A DNA stretch of 64,000 bases from Balanoglossus misakiensis (Eukaryota; Animalia; Hemichordata): contig CM082586.2 in assembly GCA_040954595.2 (NCBI GenBank), positions 6,789,337-6,853,336 on the forward strand, read 5' to 3'. Shown here piece after piece: positions 13,854 to 62,499 of this stretch. The position numbers were made by a program, and so were the translations under genes. Below the pieces are notes generated by a model that saw only the letters and a list, made by a program, of their open reading frames with translations, did not search any database and was not told the DNA's origin. Numbering within the stretch: position 1 is the stretch's first letter; each line of letters begins with the position of its first letter.

Positions 13854-14710
13854 ACTTCTTGAAAATATGCAGGTCTTTTTATTTCTTCTAGCGCTTTGTG
13901 TTAACATTTCGAATATGTACATCTGCGCATTCTATACTCCATGGCATGGCCGGTTGCAATATGCGTGTCAGCGATAGAAAAATTAAACCACAGCCACATT
14001 ACGAATAAAGCCGGGTTTATCGGACGACGAAAGAGGGTCAACCACGGTGCACATAACAAAAAAAAAAAACATGTTTACAAAACCAGACAGGAAAAATCCG
14101 CATTGCTAATTGATAATACATACTTTGGTATAATTCCACATACTAATAAACGGAACAGAATTCAATACTGTGCTTAATTGGCACTCTTCATTACAGGGCA
14201 CATTTACCCGTAATGTAAATCCCTGGTTTCCCCTTCCAGGAAGGAAGTATGCAGTTATTGATATATGCGTTTGATATGAACATTTAATAACTGTTTTTAC
14301 TGGTTAAAATATGCTTTAATATTGGTCTCCCGGGCGAGTAAATGGAGCGGTTCATTCACTTCCTTCTTTGTATTCAATTGAAAGGAAAACGATCTTGTAA
14401 AGCGGAATACACTCGCATTATACTTGTTCCGCCACTGATTAGACTAACGGTGTAGCAAACCGTTTAATTGATAAACTAATTAGCTTCACGTAATTAAGGT
14501 AAAGCGATATACGAGACTTTGGTTAGTAAACTATATATTTGCTTGACTCTGTCGAGGACATTCTATCTATCAGACACACATAATACCTGATCGGTTAGAT
14601 AATCATGGCGGAGAGACTTTTAACGCATATACAGCGCAGTGCATTGCAGTGCAGTACAGTACACATCTTCGCTTGCCGTGGTCGGGCAAGGACCCGTACA
14701 AGCCGACGAT

Positions 14711-14923
14711 GTACAGTACAGTACAGTACAGTACAGTACAGTACAGTACAGTACAGTACAGTACAGTACAGTACAGTACAGTACAGTACAGTACAGTACA
14801 GTACAGTACAGTACAGTACAGTACAGTACAGTACAGTACAGTACAGTACAGTACAGTACAGTACAGTACAGTACAGTACAGTTCAGTACAGTTCAGTACA
14901 GTACAGTACAGATCAGTACAGTA
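14711..14923. repeat. (GTACA)n pentanucleotide microsatellite
   Basis: Direct reading. Confidence 0.97.
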
Positions 14924-15417
14924 TGAAGGGCATAAACGTGTGTGTATTGCAACCCTGCGGACAAAGAATGTTTCGTCAGATTTCGACCGCTCTGAACTCT
15001 ACTCCTCGACTTCGCTTAATGTGGCTTTCATGTTCTCCGTGAAGTAGAACGCTTAAAAAATATCAGGAAGTCTGCGAAAGATAAGATAACAAAATTCCCA
15101 TCGGTCGCCAAACCTGCTGACTTATAGAAGTCTTTAAACTTTGTTTGGTTAAGATTCTAATCCTGAAGCGATCCACTTTTCGTGGATGCTATTTTCTCAG
15201 TAAAAAAAACGAAACAAACAAAACACTTGCACTTGCGAGGCACTCGGGCAAATTGCTGGTGAACGAAGCTATCATTGCCAGCTTTAAATGCAGCACCTAA
15301 CCGATCGAGAAAAAAAAAACTTAACACCAACGCAATTGTCGATATCAAATGGCAAACACGCATCGCCACGGAGTACTTTCCCACTCTCGTCTGCTAAAAA
15401 TGGACGGGAGACATTAA

Positions 15418-15459
15418 CCAATCACACGCTCCTCCAGAAGACGAGTCCAGTCACGTGAC
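15418..15459 (+). promoter_or_regulatory. Putative proximal promoter elements of the GPCR gene: CCAAT (15418-15422) and palindromic E-box GTCACGTGAC (15450-15459)
   Basis: Motif matches 130-170 bp upstream of the predicted ATG; function not shown. Confidence 0.35.
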
Positions 15460-15589
15460 CGCCTGAGACTTCAACGCAGGCGATGGGCCCAGCTGATGCA
15501 CAATGACTACGCGTTAACACGGAGCGCCACAGCGAAGACACGTCTCCGAGTCTCAACCCGTCACTGTGGCAAAAGCTAGGAGCAGAGGA

Positions 15590-48741
<33,152 letters not shown>

Positions 48742-49568
48742 CATTCGTTCAACCTGGATGGTGTTTAGTGGTATTTATATGGACATTTCCACGAGATATT
48801 TATTTTCGTACAGAGAGTATATTTAAATGATATGGAGCATGTAGACTTACCTGCGTGAGGAACGGGTCCCAATTTCGCTCGACGTGCGCACCCAGGTTCT
48901 GCAGTTTGTCATGCGCAGTGAGTGGTTCTGCTGTTTGTCATGCGCAGTGAGAAGTGGGACATAGAGGGCGACAAGGGAAAGTCTTCTTCAAGGACACGCC
49001 CGGGGGACTCGCCTATAGTGTTCGTGGTTCATCGTCGTTGTATGATGAACAATCCGACATTGTCAGATAGGGACGGTACTCACTTCTGTGGAAAAAAAGA
49101 AATTGTTACTTTTTTTATGAAATAAATATGCAACTGTATCTTGACCTGAGATTGTGTATGGTACAACAACCACTCATTTAACAGACATTTCAGTTCGGTT
49201 TCTGTGATTGCAGAATTCCTTCAAGAATCATTCTGCCTTCGAAATAATCCATTTGATCGTGTAGGTTATACACTGAGCTTGGAATTGGTCATATTGCTTT
49301 GAAGAAGACACCGATTATTCTATTCTAGAATAACTTGCTTCGATTTTGACCCCCCCCCCCCACTATGTAATTTCACTCAATGATGATTTCATGTGTACAT
49401 TTACAAGTTTGTAACTTTGTATCAATTTGTAAAATGACGGTACTACAACTGCGACCCTCTGGCAGCAGGCAGAGGTTGCGATTGGTGCTTTTGTATATAT
49501 GACGTACATGTAACTGAATATTTAAACGTCATCGTTGTCGGTGACTAGACTTTGTACATGTCACAGTA

Positions 49569-49578
49569 AATAAATAAA
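49569..49578 (+). terminator. Candidate polyadenylation signal (overlapping AATAAA pair); an alternative AATAAA lies at 49121-49126
   Basis: aataaataaa ~830 nt after the stop, followed by GT/T-rich sequence. Confidence 0.45.
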
Positions 49579-50124
49579 ATATTTGTCTGGGTTATTGTAT
49601 ATACCTGATGCATATCTACACTTGGTTATAAAACTAATACACTTATATAGAACTAAACGTAATCTCAGGAACGACTAGCATGTGTAATACTGAGTTAGTG
49701 CAGATGAGTACAAGTCAGCCAGAGAAGAATACAGAAAACATTGATATTTACATACTACAGGTACAATAGCTTAGCTAGCAGTTGATTAACACTTGAATCA
49801 GGCACGTCATTTTTCTATAAGAGCGTGTATTCTCACTATATACGTCCGATTTTGCTTTTAGACAAAAATAAAGACGGGGCCGATGAGGCACGAAGCCAAG
49901 GCGGCGTGTTTGTAATTCCATAGCGCCCTCACCCGACCAAGACAAGTAAGCCTCGTAAAGTTTATGACCGAAGATGTCATCTTCCTTATTGCTCATATCT
50001 GGCGTGTCATACTTTCGACCGGATAATTGTGTTTGTACAGAGAATAAATATGACTCACCGGACCAGTAGCTGTAAATGTTATTGTTTTGAGCGTCTACAT
50101 ATACAGATATAGTCTCGTGTAACA

Positions 50125-50324
50125 ACTAGAATCTCTCATATACCACGTTTAATTCGCTGCAAGGCTGGGCTCTTTACATGTTGCACACTGATGCGCCCTC
50201 AACCGTTTAGGAGCGGCACCATCGCCGAATCGCAGGCCAAATTTCACTCGGAAAATTGAGGGCACACATTCAATCAGACGTCAAGTCTGCGTAGGCGGCG
50301 AGAGGGGCTGTGAGAGAGTCTAGT
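50125..50324. mobile_element. MITE-like element with short terminal inverted repeats
   Basis: actagaatctctcata ... tgtgagagagtctagt. Confidence 0.5.
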
Positions 50325-52079
50325 GTATAATTCTACACTCCACAAGACGTGTTTGAACCTCAGTTCGATGGTCACATACATAGTAGTGTTCATTGATGTA
50401 AATTGATGATATATGCAAATTTTATATGTCATGTGAACGGTTGCACTGTAAATCTGGTCTGGTAGAATTTTGTTAGAAGACCTAGCGTATTGGATGTGTA
50501 CTTCATTAGTATTGTCATTTTACGTTATTTTACATGTAACTTGAAGAATGTCAATGTTATTGATCGTTTCATACACATAAATTATAATTTATGTTTAGAA
50601 ATAAAAGCTTGTATATACTTGCATGCTATGTCACTTTGTATCATGTCGTGTTGTAAAATCTGACGCAATCAAGGTTAACAGATCTAATAGACACCAAAGA
50701 AACTAATGGCAGTCAATACGTGGATTGAGGAGGCCAAAGAGATATTTCAAACACGTATATTCTCGCAAAATTCGATTTTCTTTCATTTTCCTCCTGCCCC
50801 GCTTTTCTTTTGGTGGAGCGTATTTTTCCCAAAGGAAAACCGGATGACCCTTTCCACGAACTTAAAAGGGCGATGCCACGTGCAAGGCTGAACACTTTGG
50901 CATAAGTTACATCCAAGAGGGACTAATTAGCCATTTCAAGCCGTGTCTGTTAATAGGGCATGTGCATAATTGTGACAAAATCAGCTGATATTGGACTATC
51001 CAAAATGTACATACATAACACACCTTTCATCATAATCACAATCGTCATCATCACCACCATCACCACTGTGACCATTTCAAAAAGTAGCCTGCCGAATTTC
51101 TCCTATATACCTTCAATGATTCAAATCGTTATGAGCCGGCACACGTCTTTCGCACGGCGCGCTCGGTACTTGCGCTACGTGAGTAGACATGCGCAGTTCG
51201 GGTGTCTAAAAGGAGACTCCGTCTGAGGAATGAAAGAAGCACAGCTATACAGCGTCGATCCACAACTACGTAATTGAGAGGAGATATTAAACAAAGGCGG
51301 CAAATCAAGTGGAAATTGAATTTGCGAGAAATCATGGGGCTCAGTCCGCATTTATATTTTCTAATTGTGTTACACGCAATCAGTGTTTGGGATCACAAAT
51401 GGAGGTGTCGTACTCCAACTACCTGGAGAGATTTCACAGACGATACCATCACTTTATCTGAGTAGAATCTAATAGGATAGAATTTGACTTATCAATTAAC
51501 CTCGGAGCAACGTAACGCTTGCTATTCCGACGACTTGAAAAGTCGCGTCTGGACAAAAAAATCTTCCCCTGTGATCTTTTCGCTTCGTCGCTGGATAGAA
51601 TTGAAATGAAAAATTAGAAGACACGATTTATTATAATTTTTGTCTAAAATTAATTGAAAAAATCGCGTAACATGCTATTTAAATATTATTTTTGAAATCT
51701 GTCGTTTGCTAAATAAAATCTTTTTGTGTCGCGTCGGTGAGTTGGCAATAATCACTGCTCTGTAAAATCTAACACGATGTAAGTAATTCTAATGAGTGGA
51801 GTGGTCGGCTAGGGACAGCTAAATCTCTCATCTATCAGCCATGTCGTCAGCAGAGGGCCTCACTGCTTGATGGAATAGTGATGAACGAATATTAGTCTAC
51901 GTAATGAAGTAAGGCTATCCTCCAGGGACCAACTGCAATAACCATTTGCGCCGGGTGTCAGAATTTTTGCAGCACACTTCATTGTGTCATCGAGGGGCTT
52001 ATAGTATCAGTAATATGTCGAATTTCCAAACATCATTTTTACTAGTATTTATAGTTCCAGTGAAGACGAAAGTTCCGAG

Positions 52080-52300
52080 GTTCAGGCCTCAAAAATCAGT
52101 CTTTAACTTTTTCTCATATTTTGCTCAAGGCTACTTTAGCTTATTCTCTCCTAAAATTGTGAATAAAAATTAAGGGTCATCGTGCAAATGATAGATCATA
52201 TTTGTCCCAAAATTAAAATTCGAAATGGCCGCCTCTATATGATATGTGTTCACCGAAGAAATTTTAAGGTAGCGATTTTTATGGAAACAAAACGGCGAAA
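52080..52300 (+). mobile_element. Degraded partial copy of the 18347-18706 element family
   Basis: Shared blocks ttttctcatattttgctcaag, ctctc-taaaat--gaataaaaa and aaattc-aaatggccgcc. Confidence 0.65.
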
Positions 52301-55300
52301 CAGTGATAGCTATGCTGTTTGTATATACATATACGAGTTGCTTTACAAGCTTAGCACTATGGGTATTTCATCATCGTGTTTGGCGAGTCGAACAAGAAGC
52401 TGAGTGAGATACCCAAAAGTTACAGTCACCCGTTTCGATTTCACTCGACACTATTCTTAATAATTCAGTCTTGTGGCAGATGAACTGCCATCTTTTTCCA
52501 AGTTTCAACTGTCTCTCTCAATTCGTTTAGAACATGTAGTTTTATTTTTTTTTCTGCGGGGAGCTCTTCACCGACTCCGGCACAAATCACTTCTGCTCAA
52601 CCGTTTGACCCTGCCCCTAAATCATCCGCCAGCACAAAAAACACAGCCGACATCTTCGTCACATCCCCGCCCTCTTGCTTAACCCTAGTTAGCCGTAATC
52701 AATAGCTTGCTTCGTTGTCAGTTTAACCCCTGCGCCTGATCCCTCCGAGGCGACGACACTGCCACTTTCCCCCCGCTGCGGAATTAATCTCATCGACGCA
52801 AACATTTGTTACATTGCTTAATTTCCCTGAAATTGACTACGATGTTACGACGTCTCGTTTGATGGCTACGACGAGTATCTGCGACTTAACGACCTATTAC
52901 AGTCCGCTCTGTTTCTACCTATGGACGAGTAATTTCTAATTATTACCCCCTTATACAATCAACTGTGGACTATCACTCATAAAATAGGGTCGCTAGGGAG
53001 TTCCATCTGCGCGTATTCCCCATTCTGCGCGATCTCATCACACGGCAGAAAATTAGCTGGCGTGAAAAGTAGCGAATCAAAATCCTATCGCATTAAGCCG
53101 TCCTATCGAGCTGAGTAGGACGAACCATTAAACAAATGTGTGGGTTTTCGTCTTCAATTTGCTTTCAGGGGCGTTAAAATTCACGAGGCGAAGGCTGACA
53201 TATCTTGGTCGTCGCTAATCACACTTTAAACAGAGGCCCTGGCATATGCTAGTGCAATGCAGGTTTTTTTTTTCTAACTCGCCAGGTTTGCGTATGCCCC
53301 AGGCGATGGAAAGCGAACCCGTGCTAATAGCGGAAATGCTAATTGTGTGTCTATCGGAAATTACAAGAGCTCCTTGGCTTTAGGCTATTGTACACAATCT
53401 TAACACATTTGCTGCTTACCGCAGCTCGTGGGTTTTTTTTTCTCTCAACAAGCGAAGTGTGAGCGAGAATTCCAACCATTGCACCGGCGAGAAGAACGAA
53501 TATCCCGTCTACACGTGACCAGGAAACCCGTGGCAGACAGATCAGCGAAAGCGCACTGTGTACAATGTACACGTGCTTGTGTAGTGAATCCTCATAATTC
53601 AACCATATCATCACGCATGAATTGAAATATCTTTGGCGACGAAACCGCCAACTAAAAATTTGTCACTTCGATATTTAACCAAAAATGGAAGGAGCATACT
53701 CACTTCTCCATACAAAAACAAATAACTTCAATTTCTTAGCATTTCATACGGAACAATGAACAATACATTTAGATATCTTACACGTGTGCGTCCACCTATC
53801 TTATTTGCCGCCGACCATCTCCATAGGTTTAATAATTTTACACTTTGATCATCCCCTGCCTTTACAAGTCACACCCATCCTTTGTTATATGTCAATGTGA
53901 TATTTGTAATGTCTCCGATATTTCTCAAGGTACTGGTATTCGTTTCTAGGTTTGCGAAGTCGTTTCAGCTTGTCAGAACCGCGGCCTGAACGTAAGGATA
54001 ACACACAATCATTTTCCCGTGTCTTTTTTCTTTGGATTTTATGCAACGCTCGGCGTCCGCAACAATTACCTTCGGCGTACGCTTTTGCGTCGCCGCGCAT
54101 TTCTAAACTCGAAAAGAAAACATTGAAACCGGGGACTGTTCTTACATAAAGTGGTCTTTGCTGCAATGTGTGGATGGATCTGCCGGTTTACCTCTGAGAG
54201 TAGGCCGCCGCATCACTCTTGGTGTCGGCGCTAAGTGCACACCGATGTTATCTGGTAATGTGATTTGTTCCAGAAATTTCCACAGCCAAACAGTGTCCAT
54301 AAAAAGTCGCAGGGCATCTCCGGAATATTTTGAAATCGCCATGGTTGTATGGTTCATCGGTAATCTCAAAACATCTTTGTGCAGAGGACGTGTAGCTTAC
54401 ATGTCATAAAAATGGTTTCAGCTTATGTCCGCAAGTATCTCATCTCAAGTGAGGCTTCACAAAAAAAAAACAAATAAGCTCAAGTAGGCAGAAGGGCTCA
54501 CGTCTGTGGAGCGATTTCACTTCATGAATTTATTATCCTCGCTGAAATTTGGGGACGGCGATAAAGTATGGGAATTACTTTGTCAAACGGTACACCACTG
54601 AACCGTCGTAAAACGGTACATTTCCATTAAGGTCGTTATTACCGTTTTACTTGATTGTAGCGATTTATTTTAAATCTGCCAGAGATATCTGCGCGGTTGT
54701 GTATCGACTTTGGTACCGAGTTTAATTTGATGTATGTATTATTCATACCAAAGGCTTAGAAATCTCAAAGTATCGGGGTTTGTTTGGTTTGCTATGTAGT
54801 TAAAAGTGGATTCTGGTGGGGGCTTTCCACTGCCCGCAGGCCACGGTTACACTGAGAGTAAAATTACGAGAAATAGTTTCTGCGTTCTGATCGGTTTTGC
54901 AGTTTGTCATAATGATGGTGGAGACAGACATACAAACAGACAGATCAGAGATACCCGTGTTCTGAAGGATACTCAACAATCAACACCTTCTCAAATCAAC
55001 AGAGATGGTTGCGAGGGTATTGCGAGGCTGGCCAGTAGCCAACTGCAAACAGTGAATCACTAAATGTATTAACATACACGTTAATTGCGTCAAATTGGCA
55101 TTTGACTAATGACAATGATATTACAAGACCCACGCAGTGCTAATTCCGTTGGCATTGGCCGTCGCGCGTCCCTGTCAATTCAGAGTTGAATACGCCGATG
55201 TCCCCAGCTTAGTATCGTACGACTCTAATTGCTAAAACCATGAAGGGAGGGGGGAATTTAACCATCATAGCCCGGTTCTCTTTGTTCCTCGCCAACAACG

Positions 55301-58300
55301 ACGAGGTTTTCGCCTTAAAGACAGAAACTGCATGAAAGTTACAGTTGCGCCGGCTGAGCTTAAAATCGCCCGCATGAAAGCAAACTCATATTGCACTAAA
55401 GAATGACTTTGACGACTTAGCTGATACACAGCCGCGCGTTCACGGATCAGTACCCAATTTAGACTTAACTTACCCTGGCTGAAAGTGGTTTTCTCCCTGC
55501 ATCATGAACGCGGCCAACTTTTCCGCTATCGTCAGGTGAGATTTGATTGGGTTAGACAGACGTCGCATTAGAATACGCCACAGGTACAGGCTAGTCATAT
55601 TCAAATGAGCGCAAGTGCTTAACTCTTAGAATAGCTGGTCAACGGGAACTGGTCTCTCCTATCGTAGAGGCTCACTTCGACAAAGCCGTCTACTTAGAAC
55701 AGGTGTAATTACCATCATTGGCGCTAAGGCTTGTTCATATCGGTGAGTAGCCAATAATTTGAAATATCTCCGACTTTTTTTTATACTTTGCAGACTCAAT
55801 GCCGACTTCTGTTAACGATATCTAGACGTATCTTTGTAAAATTCGATTCCCTATTTTAACTTTTTGACTTTCAAACCGGGAATTTTAGTTTGCTTATTTA
55901 AGTTTATCTATTAATTTGTATGTTGTGAGCATTCTTTTTACACGTATCAATCGTTCGGTAAGAGAACAGATTAAATCAAACCAAAATCGTGCAGCCACAA
56001 TACTTGGCATAACAGTTATCTAAGTTCTGGAACTAGTATCCGATCTCTGGATATCAACATTAAAACTCCAACGCTGAAGTTACACTTTGTGGACAAGATA
56101 CCCCAAGAAAAAAAAAGGGTTTTTACACTTGTATAGAAAGACCATCTTAATTCCTCGGGAACACCAGTGCCGCCAGCAATAAAATTTAGACTAGTTATTT
56201 GTCCGTTCGCGCAACCAAAAACACCCCCTTACTGTTACGTATCTCCCATTTCTCAAGTTTTCTCCTTGACATAGAAAGCTAAAACGATCAGGACAATCTC
56301 GAAGTTGCGTATTACAGGCAAACATTGTAGTTATTTGGACATCACGTCGGATGACGTCGTAATAAAGTGAACTGTCTTTATATTACTCGAATGTATTGAA
56401 AAAGAATTAACGTTAATAAATTCCAACTTTTTTCATCATCTCAAATGGCAAGTGATCGAATGATAAAAATGACAACGCGACTTTTTCGCCTTTTCTAAGT
56501 GTTCTCCAAGTCGAAAATTTAAACGTACCGAGGAATTCCTTCTAACACTACACAGAAACCACCACGACGGAACAGCGGCAGAATATCCACACGCACGATG
56601 AGAAAAACTAACATGTTTAAAGTTACAAACATCTCCGCTGAAAAATTGATCACACGGCAAACGCGTGAAATGGCTAAACACGGAGCGGTAATTGTTAATC
56701 CAAACCCCAGCTGTTTGACAAGAGCGGCGGAGTTGTTTGCGGGGACACAGGGGATGTCTTGTACAGAAATCACAATCAGAGAAAGTAATTGCTTCGCCAA
56801 AATAGCGATAGGAACACACACGGACACTTATCGAGTTCAGGACTTGTCTGAATACCAATATCCACATACTCTATGCTATCATTCCTGAAGAAATTTTCCG
56901 TTCAGTCTATCTGTGCAGAAACGGGTGCATATTTGTATTTTTTTGCGCCTTGTCTTCGCGGAGAGAGCCGCCAACGCACCTGGCATTAAAAATAAACCCA
57001 TCTTCCCATACTCTTAACTTAAAAGAATATTATTTCATTCCGAGAAAAGGATATAGGAAGAAATGAAATTAAAGAAAAGCAGCTAACATCGTTCTGTTAT
57101 TTTTGCACACATACTTAGAATGTCAGATAATTTTACCTTGTGTCCTAGTCGTCAAGATGTGAGGCGTCTTTTTCTCCAGTGAACGCATTTCCTGTCGCAT
57201 GCTGTAAAATCTGAGTGAAGATAAGACACAACATTTTTATCCAGGTTGAATTTACTCCTTCAATAAAAATTAAAATGATTTAATATTATCTAAATTGGTC
57301 AAGGAGTCTGTCAACTGCCTTCCGTTATCATCGATTCATTTCATATTGAATACATCACTAGCGGACTCGGTATACTGTCTCCTGATGCGCCCATGGCCGA
57401 CGGAAACTGAACAAGACTTTGTTTCAATTTTCGCTTTAGCCAGAGAGTATAACTATATACATAAAAATAAGCCTATTCGACTCCGAAAATCCATAAATAT
57501 CATGTGTTTATCAAGATATTTCAATAAATGAAATAGTTTTTCCCCACTGACATGATAGAGGTCTCATACAGTTTCAACTCTCAACAAAAATCTTAGACCA
57601 GCGTATATTAGGGAAGCAAGCATTTTTGCACAAATCTTTGCTTAGAAACATATAAGTAACATGTACCCGCTTTAAACTGATGTGTTGGTACAGTTCAGGA
57701 GGAAATACCACTAAAATTAGAAGAATTATTTCTCGTTTAGACATGTTTTAAAACATTGAACTTAATTCCATGGTGTGGCAATAACAACATTTCCAGACCG
57801 GAAAAGATTCTACTTCTAATAACTGGAGTGTCTGTGTTTACGTTTTCATTCGTCGCGAGAGAAATGTGTTAAATTCGTGTATGGTGGAATTTCTTCTTGT
57901 AGCGAAGAAGTTGTGAAATTAATACATTGTCAATAGTCAATAGTAAGCAGCGAAACATACATGGCTATATAACATAGAATGGCTGTAACAATTTACTTTG
58001 CCGAGCAACGATTCAGGATGAAATAAGTTGGATCGTGCATGGTTCTTTCGAACGTGGTGTATACTCTGGCTCAGCAAATCATGGTTTGATGTAATCATCA
58101 AAACATCGATTCCATCGAATCTGTTTTTCTGTGAGATTTAGAAATAAGCGACGGTCTTCGCCGCGATGCGTCCATCCAGTGAAAACACGTTTCTATGTCT
58201 GTCGATGATTTTATTCGGAATAGTTTTCGGCTCTCCGTTCTACGCCAGAAGTAAAAGTCGTGAGTCCCCGAGTGGCGGAATGTGACAACTGCGAGTGTCA

Positions 58301-60343
58301 CCTGCAGACTGATTTCGAAACTCCAGAAATCAGATGTGCTCCAATTAAAGCGTAATTCGACAGTTGACATATGGTCACCGCCGTATTAGCGCCGAATAAT
58401 CAATGAAGTAGGCGATTATTGACTCCAATGAAAGGACCACTTGACCCCGAGGTCAGGAATCGTGCCACCAAGGAAACGAGATATCTGAATAAATGCAACA
58501 ACAGCAGCGCCGTCAAACTTGACGGGATTTGATCGGGAGGACGAACCGGGAAACCAGCCGAGGAGTTCAGCAGCGCCACGCTTTGAAAATTGGTCTATTT
58601 GCCGGCAAAAACAGCGGGGTTGAAACCCGGCGTCTGGGACTGTGCGCCCGCGTGGAATTCAACATCCATCGGCGCGCGCGGCGAGTTCTCGCTTTCTGCA
58701 CGTTGGTTGTTTTGTGAGAAAGTGCGTAATCCAGAAGCTCTCAAAATACCACCGGTCGTTATAGACACTAATCACCCCAACAAAAGAAGAACCACCATCT
58801 GATTAAATTTGAATGAATTAAAATAGGAAATAATCACGCCAAATTACACTTGATTCACAATCGCATTTTCTCTCCTGAAAAACACAAACGCGCACGCCCC
58901 TCTGAAAGCGAATCTTACCATAGGACTAAGCGAATATAAACTGGCCCGATGCAATGAGTATATACCAGAATTTATTCATATTCGGATCCGCTCCCCGTGT
59001 ATTTCTTTCACAAATCAAAACATATAATTTAAATGCATTTTTTATCCGATTTATTCTACTTCTTCTGTGCTTGTCATCACCCATGGGTTTCCCATGGGCA
59101 TCTCGGTGTTTTCCAGTTAGTTGGAGAGAAGAGACACGTCAACCCGCCCTTTTCGAGTTTGCTTTTGGACTCGAAACTCACAAATAACAGCACACTATTT
59201 TAGGTGACTCCCGTCTTAGAATAAAGAAATTCTTGTATTTTTCTAAACATAGCACAGACGCTAAAAACAGGAAATGTTTGATTCGTGACTGGTTGACACA
59301 GCACATTTCTATCTATGATGGAATTGTTTTCTTGTTATTCACACCGAAAAAAAAATATGATAGTTAATTAAGCTATTCGTTCGGTTATTAACTGGAAACC
59401 GATGTCAGTTGATGCGGTACACAAACTTTCGAAGGCAGATGCCCGCAACCAGCTCACGCGATATCTTTGAAACGAGAAAGTGCGGTAAAATGGCAACATT
59501 TGTCAAGTTGCATTTCATTTGCAAATACTATGAGTTATTTTGCGCGGAAAAACATAAAGAAGAACGGGAGATTTAAGAGCAGAAAAGTTGCAGCGGCACA
59601 GGTTTAACCCTGGTTTTCATTTTAGCACCACGGGTCTGATGAAATTTCGGTGCCAGACAAAAGAATCAATATTGCCGGTATCTGATGCCGAAAAATCACC
59701 GGAGCGCCTGTTTCAGTATAGCTTCCGGGGCAACGTGTATGACATGAAAAGTAATGGGTCTTCGACAGTTTAATAACAAGTTGTCCATTTGACTGGGCAA
59801 ATTAAAAATGATCGCAAAGAGACTGATCAAGTGGGAAATTTTATTGCATACAAAGCCCGCTTTAATAGATCGCTAAATGCGACGAAAGTGCCGCCGGCGA
59901 TGTCGAGAGCTGGTATCGCCGACCATCGCCCGCGTCGAGTGATTCCTTTGCTAGCCAGCCCGGGGCGAAAGATGTGGATTTCGTAATTAGTGTCGTGAAA
60001 TTCTAAATTGGTTGTTAATCTCCACGAAATAAAATAGCGGGTTATTAGAAGAAGTACGCAACGGGGATCGTGGAGGGCTACAGCCGCATTTCGCGCGATT
60101 TGTGCGAGGCTTATGAACCTTGCGCCGAATTTGTAGTAATTGGACGTTTCGTATCGAATGAATATGTAAATTTGCGGTGTTGGTTAACACTGCACGTGAC
60201 AGGCGATAAACCAATGGGGAATTCTTTTTGGTTGTGTTCTGTACAGGGGTAAGGCGGAAAAAGATAATATACACGGTGCAAAATATATCACAGCCGGAGT
60301 TACTAAGCTAAAACAAATTCTAGTTAGTCTATATGCATGTCTA

Positions 60344-60522
<179 letters not shown>

Positions 60523-62325
60523 CTTTGTCGACAAACAAAATATTCGTTCAACTGTACAATATGGAGTATTACTGTCTGTGAAAGTTGGCCTTGAATCAAC
60601 AAATGCAGAGCCGATCCGACTTAGATCGAAACCTGACGAAACCTGTAAAAACCGGTAGTTCATTACCTACAAATACAATTCGTGACTTCTGCGGAGGTCG
60701 TTTGCATCAGTTACGTCACGCCGTTAGTAACTGCATTTGTACCCCCTTCCGGTAAAAGCCGACGGACATACAAGAGAACGGCACAGAATAAACCCAAATC
60801 TGTAGGAAGATCTTAAAATATGCGTCGAAGCCTAAAGGGATCACGCGCAACAACACCTCATAAAATAAGGTGGTCAATTTTAATCCGAAGCTCAGATTTC
60901 CACGTTGTCTGTCATGTTTGGCGGGGAGTCCTGTCAGTGATGGCGAACGTTGCTACGACTCCCGGGAGACGAGAGGTGCAGCTGGACTGTGTCAGCTTTA
61001 ATTATTGCCCTACAATCAAGCAGAATGTCTAAATGTCAAGCCACGGTCTTAATGGTCAAGTGTCTTTCTGGGCCAGGCATTTTTAACGCTAATATGATCA
61101 CTCCGGATGACGCCATGATTTCCGAAAACTAAAACAGCACTACACACACGACCAAGATATCTAAAAATGGATCCCGTGTATGTTAAATTTCTCCTAATTG
61201 AAGTTGTGTGAATAATCGTGAGACGGATATGTCCTTCTTAGAGTCGTAGTTCATCTATGTCTCAGATGATTCATTAATTTTGATAAATGATGACGTCATT
61301 CAGTCCATTACCACCCAGCTACAGCCGCGGTTTTTTTGTGTTTCTCCTATTGCGTATGTAAAGCCGGATATTTTTCCCAGTCCTGGAAAATGCATGTTCA
61401 GAATTATCAATTTTGAAACAACTTTGTCCGTCGTAATAAGCTCTTGAAACTAAGTAGCCCGACAATTCACTGTTCCTCTTGATAATGTTTTTACAAAAAA
61501 CACAGAGGTATTATAAAACTATACGTATTGTCAATTCCACACACCTTACCGGAAATCAACTCGAACACATTGTGTGCTTACTCCGGTATAAACCGGAATA
61601 TTTTCTTGGTCAAGCGATCACCGCAGCAAATTTCTTTTGCCGTTAACCGTCGCAAACGTCTGTCTAATTTCGGATTACTATCACTAGCCTGCTTTCGAAT
61701 TTTTGGCCCATGGTACTTTTTGTACAAATAGTGAAACGATGGCACCCCAGACGAATCCTACCGTTGAGACACTTTTTTGTCGTAAGAAAGGATATCACAT
61801 GATAGTCAACACATCTCAGAAGCATTCTAAGTGCTGCTATACGGATTAAAAGAAACTTCAGTTTGCCAAATGTAATCATAAGGTTATTGAGATAGCCACC
61901 CTGTATTGCCATGTGCGCGTTAACCTTACGCCTTCAATTTTGCAATCACTGTAAGCATAGATATCGAACCAAGATAATTATGTCATGAATAATGATTAGT
62001 ATAATACTTTGATAGCCTAGTGTTTGCTTTGTTGAATTTGATCTAGCGGCCTCGCAAGCCGGAGAAAAGAAACAAACAAACAAATGAACGATATATGTAT
62101 GTCTAATGAAAAGTAAACAATAATTATGGTATAGATGCGGTGAGATCAAATGATTAAATGTAACAGATGGATTTTTTTGCGTTGTGAGGACACAGTGAAA
62201 TTATGCCTTCGGAGATTATTTTTTAAAATTTAAATACAGAGTAGATCTATTTTGTAGTAATCATAGCTCGTTTTGTTAGAGCCTTGTCGTTGTGTAGAAA
62301 GGATGAAATTAGCACAAAATCGGAA

Positions 62326-62499
<174 letters not shown>

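Noticed and set aside
14605-15047. (STVQY)n ORFs
   Set aside because: Translation of the (GTACA)n microsatellite.
56436-56888. Overlapping 96-143 aa ORFs downstream of the GPCR
   Set aside because: No recognisable motifs or exon boundaries; consistent with chance ORFs.
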